Shown: positions 37,770 to 48,388, counted from the first letter of the stretch. The stretch is 64,000 nucleotides of DNA from Candidatus Zambryskibacteria bacterium CG10_big_fil_rev_8_21_14_0_10_42_12 (GCA_002787695.1 PCXL01000011.1:138250-202249), one strand, 5' to 3'. A program made the numbers and translations. Notes: generated from the letters alone by a model not told the origin.

Positions 37770-39479
37770 TTAGTCATCATCTTCCTCATCGCCGTCATTA
37801 TCATCATTGAGCTTCTTAATCTTTTTGATGAAATCGAAAGCGTCATCTAATCGGTCAAACCTGTTAGCATTATATCGTGCGTAGTATGAGGTTTTGCCAG
37901 ATGCTACATAACTTACACACTGACCTTGGTTCTTGAATCCTAGATCTGGGTAGTTTTGCCACCCGCCTTTCTTACAATCATCCTTGTCCTCTGGCTCATC
38001 ACCGTGGTCGTCATTGTCGTCATCATCGTCATCTCCGTTTTCATCATCTTCTACTGTAGTGGTATGAGAATCACTGTTGTTTGAGAGATTCGTATCAGTG
38101 TCGTCATCACTACTATCTGCTGTTGCAGTGTTTATGATAGTACCAGTTGCGTTTGCTAGTACACGTATATGAAGTGTTGCAGATTCATCATCGGCAAGTG
38201 TGCCAACTATCCACTTGCTCGTAGATGCCGTGTATGTACCTTTCGTAGATGAAGCACTCTTGAATTCAAGACCACTAGGTAATACATCTGTCACTACAAC
38301 GTCTGTCGCTTCTTCAGGACCATTATTTGTAACGATAATGGTGTATGTGAATTTGTGATCAATTTCTACTGTATTTGTTGCTGTCTTTGAGATAGCAAGG
38401 TCAATGTTGTTATCTTCCTCTACAACTGTTTCGTCGATGTTGAATTCACGAGTGAGGCGAAGATCTGGCTGACCCGCATCATCTGTTGGATTAAAGATGA
38501 AACAATATGTACCAGGAGTGGTGGTGCTAGTATCAATCGTTGCACTGAATGATGCTCCGTTCCATGAGAATACATCACTTTTACCATCTACGTTTCCAAA
38601 GACTGTCGTCGTTGCTGCTACACAAGTTCCTGCGCGTACGGCCCACTGCACTGCGTCGTCGTTTATATCATCCCCATCATCATATGTTGCGGACAATGTT
38701 GTTGTGCCAGTAACATGTTGATTTTCGGTGGGAGCAGTAATAGCGCCAACTGGTTCAATCATCGTTTCACTTGGCTCAAAGTCAAAGATATTGGTATGCT
38801 CGTCAATTTCAATGATGAAATTGTCTACATTACCTTCAAATCCTCCTGCCCAGGGTCCGCCTGCTTTGAATTGAATAGCGCCTGTTGTTGTGCCTGCATT
38901 TCGTACGCCTGCATTAGGGAATGCCGTGAGTACCTCAGTCCATGTACATGGATTGCTTTGAGGACATGTTGCGTCACCTGGGGCGCCTGAAAACCACCAG
39001 TTTCCGTCAGGTGCATTGTCGAGCGTGTTCCATGTCTGCCATTCTCCTGTGTTAACGGTATTCGTAAAGTATGGTTCGTACACGAGACGACCTTGCCATG
39101 TGGTTGTTGCGTCTGTGGTGTCCGTGTCAATATCTAACTGGAGTGATGGAGCTAGTGCGGCTGTACCTGTTGCGCGGTAGCTGTTGTACGCAAGTGTTTC
39201 AATAGTATCAAGTCGTATTCCTTGGAATGAAAATGTACCAAGAAGGAGACGGCCTGTATCGTCAACACTCATATGAGCGCTACCTTCGCCTGCAGGCGCT
39301 GTCAAAGGTCCGAGCTCAAATGAGCCGTTACCTTCTGCTATTTCCTCATAAAACCACCAGTCATTCATGTTGTCCGGAGAAACTACTGTGGTGGTGCTAT
39401 GATCGGCGAGCACAAACAGTGGACCCGCGATCAGTGCAGTAGCAGCTCCTATTGATATAAGAATTTTTTTATATGTCAT
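37770..39479 (-). CDS. Secreted multi-domain protein with Ig-like and DUF11 domains
   Basis: Signal peptide; DLAISKT...YTIIVTNNGP..ATDVVVTDVLPSGL; acidic linker; CKKGGW...FKNQGQCVS. Confidence 0.85.
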   Translation of the reverse strand: MTYKKILISIGAATALIAGPLFVLADHSTTTVVSPDNMNDWWFYEEIAEGNGSFELGPLTAPAGEGSAHMSVDDTGRLLLGTFSFQGIRLDTIETLAYNSYRATGTAALAPSLQLDIDTDTTDATTTWQGRLVYEPYFTNTVNTGEWQTWNTLDNAPDGNWWFSGAPGDATCPQSNPCTWTEVLTAFPNAGVRNAGTTTGAIQFKAGGPWAGGFEGNVDNFIIEIDEHTNIFDFEPSETMIEPVGAITAPTENQHVTGTTTLSATYDDGDDINDDAVQWAVRAGTCVAATTTVFGNVDGKSDVFSWNGASFSATIDTSTTTPGTYCFIFNPTDDAGQPDLRLTREFNIDETVVEEDNNIDLAISKTATNTVEIDHKFTYTIIVTNNGPEEATDVVVTDVLPSGLEFKSASSTKGTYTASTSKWIVGTLADDESATLHIRVLANATGTIINTATADSSDDDTDTNLSNNSDSHTTTVEDDENGDDDDDDNDDHGDEPEDKDDCKKGGWQNYPDLGFKNQGQCVSYVASGKTSYYARYNANRFDRLDDAFDFIKKIKKLNDDNDGDEEDDD

Positions 39480-39596
39480 ATAAGATTTTAAATAATAAAA
39501 TAATAATGAGAGGGATACACACCCTTCAAAGTAAAGACGTATGAGAAATATAAATATTACCTCTCAAGTAAATTAGACAACCAAATACGTAAATGT

Positions 39597-40307
39597 CTAT
39601 CCTTGTAAAATTCCGAGGGCAGTGAGGAAACGAGAAAGTTCATCACCCTCAAGGTATCGGTATTCACCAGGTTTTAGATTGCCCAGCTTGATGTTCATAA
39701 TACGAATGCGACAGAGCTCTCTGACTTCATTAAACAAAGCAACGACCATGCGTCGTATTTGGTGGCGCTTGCCTTCGGTTAGTATAATTTTGAATTTATT
39801 TTCACCGAGTATATCTACACGGGTTGGTTTTGTAGTATATCCTTCGATTTTTACGCCGCCTTCCATCTTCTCTTTAAAGCTTGAGCGAAGTTTATCTTTG
39901 GTTGTGACGAGATATTCTTTTTCGTGTCCTGATTCTGGGTTGAGTAATTTGTCAGTAAGACGCCCGTCATTGGTGAGGATAATGAGTCCGTGAGAATTTT
40001 TATCGAGTCTGCCAACTGGAAATACTCCTTTGATATCAAGTATGTCTTTTATTTCTTGCTCAGATCCTTGCGGAGAGTGAGTTACGATTCCTACCGGTTT
40101 GTTAAAGGCTAGGTATACGTATTTATTCTTTTGCTTCCTTCGTACTTCGACTTTGTCAGTTTTTGAGATTGTTTGACCCAAGACAGCTTTTTTCCCATTC
40201 ACAAATACAAATCCTTTTTCAATAAGATTATCGGCCTCTCGTCTAGTCGCGATACCTGTATGGGCTAGGTATTTATTTATGCGCATGGGATATTTCTCCG
40301 GTTCCAT
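39597..40307 (-). CDS. rRNA pseudouridine synthase, RsuA/RluB/RluF family
   Basis: S4 domain RINKYLA, GRLD, EGKRHQIRRM. Confidence 0.95.
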   Translation of the reverse strand: MEPEKYPMRINKYLAHTGIATRREADNLIEKGFVFVNGKKAVLGQTISKTDKVEVRRKQKNKYVYLAFNKPVGIVTHSPQGSEQEIKDILDIKGVFPVGRLDKNSHGLIILTNDGRLTDKLLNPESGHEKEYLVTTKDKLRSSFKEKMEGGVKIEGYTTKPTRVDILGENKFKIILTEGKRHQIRRMVVALFNEVRELCRIRIMNIKLGNLKPGEYRYLEGDELSRFLTALGILQG

Positions 40308-40394
40308 AAGAGGCGAGTATAACACTATTTATCTAAAATTTGAATTATTTTTTAAATATGGTAAAAATATGTTGGGTTTGATCTAGGAGGAAGC

Positions 40395-40586
40395 TTGAAA
40401 ATCGATACGTATGAAATTGCGGGAGAGCTAGGAGGATTCGTGATTCTCTTCGTTTGGCCACCTTACTGGCTCAGCGGGTTGAAAACTGAATCTGGCGCCG
40501 CAAAGAAGGCACTGCTCTCAGGTGTGCTCGTCGCAAACAGTGCGATTATCGGAGCAGGCTTGATGGCGCTCTCTTTGTTTTGGTAG
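40395..40586 (+). CDS. Small membrane orphan
   Basis: TTG start after AGGAGG; two hydrophobic segments; hairpin after stop. Confidence 0.55.
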   Translation: MKIDTYEIAGELGGFVILFVWPPYWLSGLKTESGAAKKALLSGVLVANSAIIGAGLMALSLFW

Positions 40587-40660
40587 CTCTCACAGACGGC
40601 CGGCCGCAACCTACGGGTTGCGGCCGTACCTATTTTATTTGTTACAATAAAGTAACTGGT

Positions 40661-41242
40661 ATGACTCATGCGACACGAAAAATTTTTCTGCAAATTATTG
40701 CAGTCGCGCTCATTTTAATATTTGCGCTCTACATAGCGTATCTAGCACAAGGGAGTGATACGATCCAACAAATCGTTCTTGATTATGGATACGTCGGTAT
40801 TTTTCTACTTGCCTTTGCTACCGGTTTTAATCTGGTGGTACCTATTCCGGCTATCGCTTTTATGCCACTCTTTTTGGAATCTGGACTCGATTTTTGGGTC
40901 ACGATTATGCTCATTACTGTTGGTATTACAGCAGCTGATTCATTTGCGTATCTAATCGGCGGCATAGGTCATGACATGCTTATGAAAAATGAAAAATACA
41001 GAAGGGAACGATCGATATTTCAGAAACTTCTTATATTAAAGAAAAAGCATGTATATGCACCACTCATTTTTCTTTTTTTCTACTCAATTATAGCCCCGCT
41101 TCCAAACGAACTCATGGTTATTCCGCTCGCGCTTTTGGGTTATAGGTATCTACAAATTTTCCCCATAGTCCTTGTGGGCAATTTCATCTTTAATATTATT
41201 TATGCACAGGGAGTTGAGGGTTTATTTGAACTTTTTATGTAA
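40661..41242 (+). CDS. DedA/VTT-domain membrane protein
   Basis: YGYVGIF...VPIP...AYLIG...PLPNEL. Confidence 0.8.
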   Translation: MTHATRKIFLQIIAVALILIFALYIAYLAQGSDTIQQIVLDYGYVGIFLLAFATGFNLVVPIPAIAFMPLFLESGLDFWVTIMLITVGITAADSFAYLIGGIGHDMLMKNEKYRRERSIFQKLLILKKKHVYAPLIFLFFYSIIAPLPNELMVIPLALLGYRYLQIFPIVLVGNFIFNIIYAQGVEGLFELFM

Positions 41243-41328
41243 GTTGTTCTCAATATAGATTGAGGTAGCTTTTGAATCTTAGATAGATTATAATATAAAG
41301 TTGTTTAGTATTTAAAATACTGTTTTTT

Positions 41329-44300
41329 ATGTATATCGGCACTACCAGAGAAAAAATGCTTTTGATCATATCTAGTATACTGTTCGTTGGTGGTTTATTT
41401 TTTTATTTTACAATATTTCGTATTGCGCATGCGGCGGCGATAACATCTGCACAAACTGGAAACTGGTCTGATACGTCGACGTGGACCGGTGGTGTGGTGC
41501 CAGGTGATGGAGATACAGTCACTATTTCAAATGGACATACAGTGACGGTGAATACTGATACTATCGTAGGGGCGAGTGGAGCGGCACTTAGAGGTTCGCT
41601 CACTACAGTGGGTCAGCAGGATTCTGGTTCGGGCTATACGGGGGCATCGTCTTGCTCTGCTGCATTTAGTGGAGGATCTGGTTCAGGTGCTACGGCATCA
41701 TGTGCTATCAATGGCGATGGTGTAACGGTGACTCTAACATCTGGTGGCACATGGTATTCTTCTGATCCTACAATCACTATTAGTTGTACGGGTTGTGGTG
41801 GCACGCCCACACAACCGACTTTTGATCCATCCGGTAATTATGGTGGAACAGCTGCTATCACTTTGTCAGGTACAGGGAGGATTAATGTTGCGGAAGATGT
41901 AAGTTTAACAGTTAAGGGTGATATTGCCTACACAACCGGCAGTGTGCAAAATACATATTTTTATATGAATCCGGGTAGCAGTTTAATTTTTGATGCAAGT
42001 GACTCTGCGGACCCAACAAATTATAGGTATGTTATCGGACAGCACAATACTGGATTTGGGTATAGAGAATTTTTTGCTGATTGTACGAGCGCTAAACGAT
42101 GTACAGTCACATCAGATGCGGGGGGAGCAAATGCTATGTTTGGTATGAGAGGAAATGCCTATGGGGGCACAGTCATTGCTCATTATACTGATTTTTCTCG
42201 GTTGGGTACTGCGACCGTAAACGCGTTTGAAGCATGGAGTTTTGCCAGTGCAGTCGGTAAGCCTAATTGGAATGTTACAAACTCCACATTTGATTCAATA
42301 GGTGGCATTTATCTCATAGCAATGCCGCAGGCAGATGAAGACATGATACACAATTATAATGTACATACGAATAGTCTTGTTGACAACAGTCTTTATTTTG
42401 GGGCTAGTGCAACCGTAACAACGGGTACTCGAGAATTGATAGGCAATGTTTTTGATAAGATAGTAGGAAAAAGTATAAACAATGCAACATCTCTTTGGAC
42501 TGGTTTTACGGTTACAGATAATTATTTTGCGTTTGCGCCTAGTATATCTGTTACCGGGGATACTATTAGATGGACAGAATTTACAAGAAACCTCATTCGT
42601 TCTCTTGGTGGTATAACTGCTGGCGGAAATATTAGTTGGACCTATATGATCAATGACCATGATAATGGGGATCCACATTATTTTGCTACGCCAGCTACGT
42701 ATACGTCTGGTGTGACACATACGTACAATATTTTTGAATTATCTGGGGAAGAAGCAATTAGTGGTGGCGATGGTTGTCTTGACCCTTCCTCAAATCCATC
42801 AAGCTTGGTGACTATGGAATGTTCGTATACACTGTCTTTGCCGAGTTCTGAAACAACATCAGGAGTACAAGGTTCTACTGCAAACATTATTACTATGTAT
42901 GGTGGTAAGACTAATAACAGAGTTATTGGAAACCACAATACTGCAATGAATAACAACATTCTCTTTCTTGCGACCGCAGGCGGAAATAACCCTTCTGGGA
43001 GTATAACGTCTTTGAGAAGTAATATGATCTATAGCTTTGCGTCGACTACTGCAAAGATTTTTGATAACAATGTAGGTGGAACACCTAGTACTGATCTTTG
43101 TGAAAGCGAAGGTGTTTGTGATTATAACTTTGGATATAATTTTAAAGAAACAACGGGTTCAGTTAATTATACCAATGAAGAAAATGGGTATCTCGCTGCG
43201 TGGAGTGCTCTTGATATGGGGCCACCCTCCGGTGTAGGTGCTAACGATGTTACAGCTGACCCAGAATTTCTTGATCCAACAAGAAGTTTTGTAAACTTTG
43301 ACACTGGATATCTAAGTAAGGCAACAGGTACACCGTGGTCTTCGGGCACTTCATATAGTGTAGGCGATATTGTGTCGCATTCAGACTCAACCGTTTATTC
43401 AGGAAGGACTATTAATTTTCGTGCCACATCAACACATATTGCTTCTACTGATAATGAACCAGGTGTAGGTGCCAATTGGCGTGGTTATTGGGAGTGGTCA
43501 GCACTGTACTGGGTAAGACAAGGTGTTGCCAATCAAGATACATATACTGATACAACGATTGGGGCTACAGACGACGGTATTATTGAAACGCTCATGAAGT
43601 GGGTACGATATGGTTATTCACCAACCAACGCAGCGTATCGCAACGCAGGACATGACGGTGTTACTGTAGGTGCTGTTGAATTTGTTGATACGACTGCCCC
43701 AACTGTTTCTATATCTGCTCCAACAAATGCCGCATCTGTGAGTGGAACAGTTACACTCACTGCGTCTGCAACTGATGATGTGTCCGTTTCTTTGGTTCAG
43801 TTTAAACTGGATGGTTCAAACATTGCTTCGAGTTTATCTTCAAGCCCGTATACAACTACGTGGGATAGCACAACTGTTTCTGATGGTACATATACACTGA
43901 TAGCAGTAGCGTCCGATGGTACAAATACTGCTACATCTACATCAATTTCAATCACTGTTTCAAATACAAGTTCTGACATAGTCGAAAGTGGTCGAGGTGC
44001 TGGCGCACTGTACACGGCAGAAGAAGAGAAAGAACGGACACTATTGCGAGAAATGGAAAGGCAGGTCCGTGATCTCCAAGAAAAGTTGAAAGCTCTTCTA
44101 TCTGGTAGCAATTTATCAGATACAATTAATAATTCATCTACGTGTCTGTTTGAGAAAGACTTATATGTAGGATCTCAAGGGGAGGATGTTCGTTGTTTAC
44201 AACAATATTTAAATAATAATGGGTATGTACTTGCAGAATCAGGGATTGGTTCGCCAGGCAATGAGAGTACGTTTTTTGGGTTGTTAACAAAAAATACACT

Positions 44301-44424
44301 CAAGACATTCCAAGAATTTTATGGAGATGTTATTCTTAAACCACTCGGGTTAACCTCTGGCACTGGCTATTTTGGTGAGTCTACACGTACATTTATAAAT
44401 AAAACTATAACCAATGAAAATTAA
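41329..44424 (+). CDS. Large surface protein: beta-rich body, CBM5/12-like module, Ig-like domain, C-terminal peptidoglycan-binding domain
   Basis: AHA signal; WSSGTSYSVGDIVSH; DTTAPTVSISAP; GSQGEDVRCLQQYLN...TGYFGESTR. Confidence 0.85.
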   Translation: MYIGTTREKMLLIISSILFVGGLFFYFTIFRIAHAAAITSAQTGNWSDTSTWTGGVVPGDGDTVTISNGHTVTVNTDTIVGASGAALRGSLTTVGQQDSGSGYTGASSCSAAFSGGSGSGATASCAINGDGVTVTLTSGGTWYSSDPTITISCTGCGGTPTQPTFDPSGNYGGTAAITLSGTGRINVAEDVSLTVKGDIAYTTGSVQNTYFYMNPGSSLIFDASDSADPTNYRYVIGQHNTGFGYREFFADCTSAKRCTVTSDAGGANAMFGMRGNAYGGTVIAHYTDFSRLGTATVNAFEAWSFASAVGKPNWNVTNSTFDSIGGIYLIAMPQADEDMIHNYNVHTNSLVDNSLYFGASATVTTGTRELIGNVFDKIVGKSINNATSLWTGFTVTDNYFAFAPSISVTGDTIRWTEFTRNLIRSLGGITAGGNISWTYMINDHDNGDPHYFATPATYTSGVTHTYNIFELSGEEAISGGDGCLDPSSNPSSLVTMECSYTLSLPSSETTSGVQGSTANIITMYGGKTNNRVIGNHNTAMNNNILFLATAGGNNPSGSITSLRSNMIYSFASTTAKIFDNNVGGTPSTDLCESEGVCDYNFGYNFKETTGSVNYTNEENGYLAAWSALDMGPPSGVGANDVTADPEFLDPTRSFVNFDTGYLSKATGTPWSSGTSYSVGDIVSHSDSTVYSGRTINFRATSTHIASTDNEPGVGANWRGYWEWSALYWVRQGVANQDTYTDTTIGATDDGIIETLMKWVRYGYSPTNAAYRNAGHDGVTVGAVEFVDTTAPTVSISAPTNAASVSGTVTLTASATDDVSVSLVQFKLDGSNIASSLSSSPYTTTWDSTTVSDGTYTLIAVASDGTNTATSTSISITVSNTSSDIVESGRGAGALYTAEEEKERTLLREMERQVRDLQEKLKALLSGSNLSDTINNSSTCLFEKDLYVGSQGEDVRCLQQYLNNNGYVLAESGIGSPGNESTFFGLLTKNTLKTFQEFYGDVILKPLGLTSGTGYFGESTRTFINKTITNEN

Positions 44425-44845
44425 AAGAGCATTTCTCGCTAGTATGTATACATACCTCGCTTCACTTGCGGTAGCTATTATTGGTGCATTTATTTTTAAT
44501 GCAGGAACGGCAGATCCAAACGAGATTCATCCGGTATTGTGGATTGTTGGCGTGCTTGGTCCGATTGTTTTCGCATGGATTTTTTCTACGTGGTATTTTC
44601 GAGGATCACATGTGGCCCAAGGTCGCGGACAAGGTTTGTTGCTCGGAATCCTGATGATTATTACTGGATTTGTACTCGATGTTATAACAGTTTTACCTAC
44701 GGCAGGAGGGTTTGATAACGCGATTACATTGCTCGTCTCATATTACACACAGTGGGCATTTTGGGTTACTGCTGTACTCGTCATTTTTATGTGTGTTCTT
44801 GTTGGTGGCAATGTCCGCCAAGCAGCAAGCTCTAGTTCATCATAA
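44414..44845 (+). CDS. Four-TM membrane protein
   Basis: Hydrophobic ORF overlapping upstream stop. Confidence 0.75.
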   Translation: MKIKRAFLASMYTYLASLAVAIIGAFIFNAGTADPNEIHPVLWIVGVLGPIVFAWIFSTWYFRGSHVAQGRGQGLLLGILMIITGFVLDVITVLPTAGGFDNAITLLVSYYTQWAFWVTAVLVIFMCVLVGGNVRQAASSSSS

Positions 44846-44850
44846 TTAAT

Positions 44851-45264
44851 ATGTGGATTGTCTATGCGTTACTTGCAGCCTTGTTTGCTGCACTTGTCGC
44901 ACTATTTGGAAAGGTGGGACTTAAAAATGTAGACTCAACACTTGCTACCGCAGTACGTAGTATTGTTATGGCCGGTTTTTTGGTTGTTACCGCAGTTAGT
45001 CTAGGCAAGATAAAACTTCTTGGCACGATTGATTCTAAAGCACTCACCTTTATTATTCTCTCTGGTATTGCAGGAGCTTTATCATGGCTCTGCTATTTTT
45101 TGGCACTTAAAATCGGCCCAACTTCTGGAGTAGCAGCACTCGATAGGCTAAGTGTTGTCTTCGTCGTGATTCTTGCCGCTTTATTTCTCGCAGAATCCAT
45201 TACATGGAAAACTGGTCTTGGTGCTAGTTTAATCACAATTGGCGCTTTATTATTTGTACTATAG
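44851..45264 (+). CDS. EamA/DMT family transporter (single domain)
   Basis: KVGLKNVDSTLATAVR, SWLCYFLALK, LDRLSVV. Confidence 0.9.
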   Translation: MWIVYALLAALFAALVALFGKVGLKNVDSTLATAVRSIVMAGFLVVTAVSLGKIKLLGTIDSKALTFIILSGIAGALSWLCYFLALKIGPTSGVAALDRLSVVFVVILAALFLAESITWKTGLGASLITIGALLFVL

Positions 45265-45268
45265 ATAT

Positions 45269-46156
45269 ATGGCAGTTATCACAATCATCGGTAGTGGACG
45301 CATAGGTGATGCGCTCTATAAAACACTCACGGTGCGTGAGGATCATGATGTTCGCATGTGGGATGTTGATCCTACAAAACTAGAAATACCAATGACTCTT
45401 GAAGAATCTTTGCGAGACTCCGCGTATGTTCTGATGTGTGTATCATCCTGGGCTCTAAAGGCGGCATGTGACGAAATTGCATCATATATAGATGATGACA
45501 CCAAGGTCATCGCACTCACTAAAGGAATCGAGCCAACAACTCATTTATTTGTTAATGAGTATTTAGAAACTAGATTTCCAGGAAGATACGCATTGCTTAT
45601 TGGTCCCATGATCGCAGAGGAGATGGATGGTGAAAAACCTTCGGTTGCACTCTGTGCTACGGAGCATGTGTGGGATGAAAATATTTTTGAGGGCACAGCA
45701 TTGACGGCACTTTTTACAACAGATATTACAGGGACCGCTCTTTCTGGTATTTTAAAAAATGTATATGCTCTGGGTCTCGGTATTACCGACGCATTGAATC
45801 TCGGACAAAATTTTAAAGCAAGTTTTGCTGTGAGGGCGATTCACGAAATGGAACAGATTATTGTAAGTCTCGGCGGCAAAAAAGAAACAGTCTACTCGTT
45901 CGCCGGTCTTGGAGATTTGATCGTCACCGGATGGAGTCCTACATCCCGCAATAGAACACTTGGTGAAAAAATCGCCAAAGAAGGAGTCGAGGTTTTGAAA
46001 GGTGGGGAAGGAAGCGAGGGTATGCAGTCCATTGTTCATTTGGCACGGAGAATAAAAGGTGGTATTCCGCCGCTCTACAGCGTAGTACTCGACATTATCG
46101 AAGGGCAAGAGAAACAGCCGCGTGAACGTTTTATGAAAGTTGTGCAGGAGGGATAG
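45269..46156 (+). CDS. gpsA: NAD(P)H-dependent glycerol-3-phosphate dehydrogenase
   Basis: IIGSGRIG, TKGIE, LKNVYA, GLGDLIVT, SRN. Confidence 0.9.
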   Translation: MAVITIIGSGRIGDALYKTLTVREDHDVRMWDVDPTKLEIPMTLEESLRDSAYVLMCVSSWALKAACDEIASYIDDDTKVIALTKGIEPTTHLFVNEYLETRFPGRYALLIGPMIAEEMDGEKPSVALCATEHVWDENIFEGTALTALFTTDITGTALSGILKNVYALGLGITDALNLGQNFKASFAVRAIHEMEQIIVSLGGKKETVYSFAGLGDLIVTGWSPTSRNRTLGEKIAKEGVEVLKGGEGSEGMQSIVHLARRIKGGIPPLYSVVLDIIEGQEKQPRERFMKVVQEG

Positions 46157-46188
46157 TCGGAGGTTGTTTTGTGTGGTATGATATCGCC

Positions 46189-46458
46189 ATGGTTACTATA
46201 CAAGGTAAAAAACTTTATCGGTCACAGACAGACAAAGTCTTCACAGGGCTTCTTGGGGGTATTGGTGAATTTTTTGATCTTGACCCTGTACTGTTGCGAC
46301 TCGGTTTTGTGGTGTTGGTGTTACTCAGCGGCTTTTGGCCAGGGGTAGTCGTGTATATTATCGGTGCACTTATTGTACCGGTGGCGCCAGGAGGTGCTCG
46401 GGTGCACGAGCAGGAAAAAGAAGAGAAATCAGAAAAAGAGGGCGAAAAAACAGAGTAA
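46189..46458 (+). CDS. PspC-domain protein
   Basis: KLYRSQTDKVFTGLLGGIGEFFDLDPVLLRL. Confidence 0.92.
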   Translation: MVTIQGKKLYRSQTDKVFTGLLGGIGEFFDLDPVLLRLGFVVLVLLSGFWPGVVVYIIGALIVPVAPGGARVHEQEKEEKSEKEGEKTE

Positions 46459-46550
46459 TACACAGTACTCTGTTTTTTTATTTGACATCTAACAGTAATA
46501 GCGGTACGGTATTAAGCGGTACCTGCCAGGAGTCACCTTGGTAGGAAGCA

Positions 46551-46982
46551 ATGGAGGTACGAAAGTTGTATTCACATGTAGGTCGTGTGCCACAGAGCGA
46601 CGGCAAGGTCGTTCGTCTTAATCCTTCGCAAGGAAGAAGGATGAACAGGCCTGTTCCCCCTCCGGTGTTTCGGCAGGAAGTCGGCGACATTGGAGATCTC
46701 ATCGCGCTGCTTCAACACATTCGGTCGCGTCATGGAAGGAAGGTGAGAGCATGGCTCGATCCTAAGATCTGTGGCGTACTGTGTGTACTCACTGGATTCG
46801 AAGTCCAAGGGGCGAAAGATGCAGTGTGTGCGCCTGATCAGCCACCTCTGTTGTTACTCGATGATGCAAAGGGAAGTCTTTGCGCACCGAGCAGCTTCAG
46901 AGATGCGAAGGCGGATGACCCGAAGCTCCAAGAGTGGGTTCTCAGCGCCATCGTGGGACGAGCGTTTAAGCTGCGGCACTAA
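46551..46982 (+). CDS. Orphan hypothetical protein
   Basis: TTGACA at 46482, purine-rich RBS, GC-richer codons, hairpin 46989-47016 after stop. Confidence 0.55.
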   Translation: MEVRKLYSHVGRVPQSDGKVVRLNPSQGRRMNRPVPPPVFRQEVGDIGDLIALLQHIRSRHGRKVRAWLDPKICGVLCVLTGFEVQGAKDAVCAPDQPPLLLLDDAKGSLCAPSSFRDAKADDPKLQEWVLSAIVGRAFKLRH

Positions 46983-47071
46983 CGAAGCCCGGTGGTCGCC
47001 TAGCCGCGACCACCGGCACCAGAAGCTTTCCGTTCGAAAGAAAAAAGTCCAGCATGTGCTGGGCGCTTTTT

Positions 47072-48175
47072 TTATTCTAATTTTTTACCTGAAAAGATAT
47101 CCGTTTCTATTGCATCAATTTTGGCTGCCATAATAAAGTCGTTTTCGGTGAGGCCTTTTACCGCATGAGTAGAGAGTGTTACGTCTACACGATTCCAATC
47201 ATGCACTGAAAAATCCGGATGATGTCCTTCTTCATCTGCGATATCTGCCATGTTTTCGACAAAATCCATTGCTTCTTCAAAGTTTTTAAATACAAAGTAT
47301 TTATGAAGTCTCTTATTCTCGATCAAATCCCAGCCAGAAATATTGTCCATGTAGTCTTCGCATGCTTCTCGAGTGAGAGGTTCACCACCTGATTCGCACG
47401 GTACACAATGTTGTTTTTCAAGATCAAATGGATGGCTGGCACTAGCACTATCGCGTTCGAGTTCACCGTGTCTACCGTGTCTGAGACCGTTTCTTACCGG
47501 AGTTTTACCAATGAGCTCAACAATTTCATCTTCATCATCCAAGACTGTAAACAAATCGAGGTCTTCTTTAGAAATATTGTGCTCATTTTCATAAAGAGTG
47601 TCTTTAATATAGGAGACGAGAGGATCCCAAAATTCACTTCCGACAAGCACGACTGGTACATGAGGTATTTTACCCGTCTGAACAAGTGTCAGGATCTCAA
47701 ATAATTCATCAAGCGTACCGAATCCACCTGGAAAATATACATATGCTTCAGCTGCAAATGACAGCATTACTTTTCTACTAAAGAAATAGTGGAACATGAT
47801 TTCGTCAGTGACAAATTTGTTTGTTGCCTGTTCTTTAGGTAAGCGAATCGTAAAACCAACTGCATGTCCGTCTGCTTCTTTAGCCCCTTTGTGTGCTGCC
47901 TCCATGATGCCTGGTCCACCGCCAGTGATAACAGAGAACCCTTGTTCTTTTGCAAGTCTATAACCAAGACGTTCTGCCTTCTTGTAATACATATTGTCTT
48001 CTGGTGTTCGAGCGCTGCCAAAAAACGTAACCGATTTAGGGTGTTTTACCAAAAAATCAAAACCCATTTTAAACTCTTTGGTAATAAGAGAGACTCGCTT
48101 GCGTGTTGCATCATGGATTTCGGCAACAGTTAGAGGTTTGTATTTTGGGTCGAGTGGAGTGTTAATATCTTCCAT
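47072..48175 (-). CDS. LOG-family (TIGR00730) protein fused to pterin-4a-carbinolamine dehydratase domain
   Basis: FFGSAR, TGGGPGIM, PGGFGTLDE; then CVPCE...GHHPD...THAVKGLTENDFIMAAKID. Confidence 0.92.
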   Translation of the reverse strand: MEDINTPLDPKYKPLTVAEIHDATRKRVSLITKEFKMGFDFLVKHPKSVTFFGSARTPEDNMYYKKAERLGYRLAKEQGFSVITGGGPGIMEAAHKGAKEADGHAVGFTIRLPKEQATNKFVTDEIMFHYFFSRKVMLSFAAEAYVYFPGGFGTLDELFEILTLVQTGKIPHVPVVLVGSEFWDPLVSYIKDTLYENEHNISKEDLDLFTVLDDEDEIVELIGKTPVRNGLRHGRHGELERDSASASHPFDLEKQHCVPCESGGEPLTREACEDYMDNISGWDLIENKRLHKYFVFKNFEEAMDFVENMADIADEEGHHPDFSVHDWNRVDVTLSTHAVKGLTENDFIMAAKIDAIETDIFSGKKLE

Positions 48176-48271
48176 AAAAACGTTAAAAATTGTCTATTTA
48201 TTGTACCGATAAGTGCTCATGTAAGCAAAACAGTTATGCACGGTTTTGTGATACAATAGCTCTCGTATGAG

Positions 48272-48388
48272 TCCCGTTAGAGATAGCGGACGCTCAAGGA
48301 TAAAGACAGTGAATATATTAAAAGTACATTATCAACTTAATTAAGATAGGATTAAGGACACTGTGTCCGCGTCCTATCTCTAACGGGA
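48272..48388 (+). mobile_element. MITE-like element, family C copy 2 (117 bp)
   Basis: Same 13-bp TIR and subterminal cggacgct / gtccgcgtcct as 26066-26185. Confidence 0.8.

Noticed and set aside
46989-47016. Hairpin sharing ggtggtcgcc with the 6569-6702 RNA
   Set aside because: Only a 10-nt match; position after a stop codon fits an ordinary 3' hairpin.
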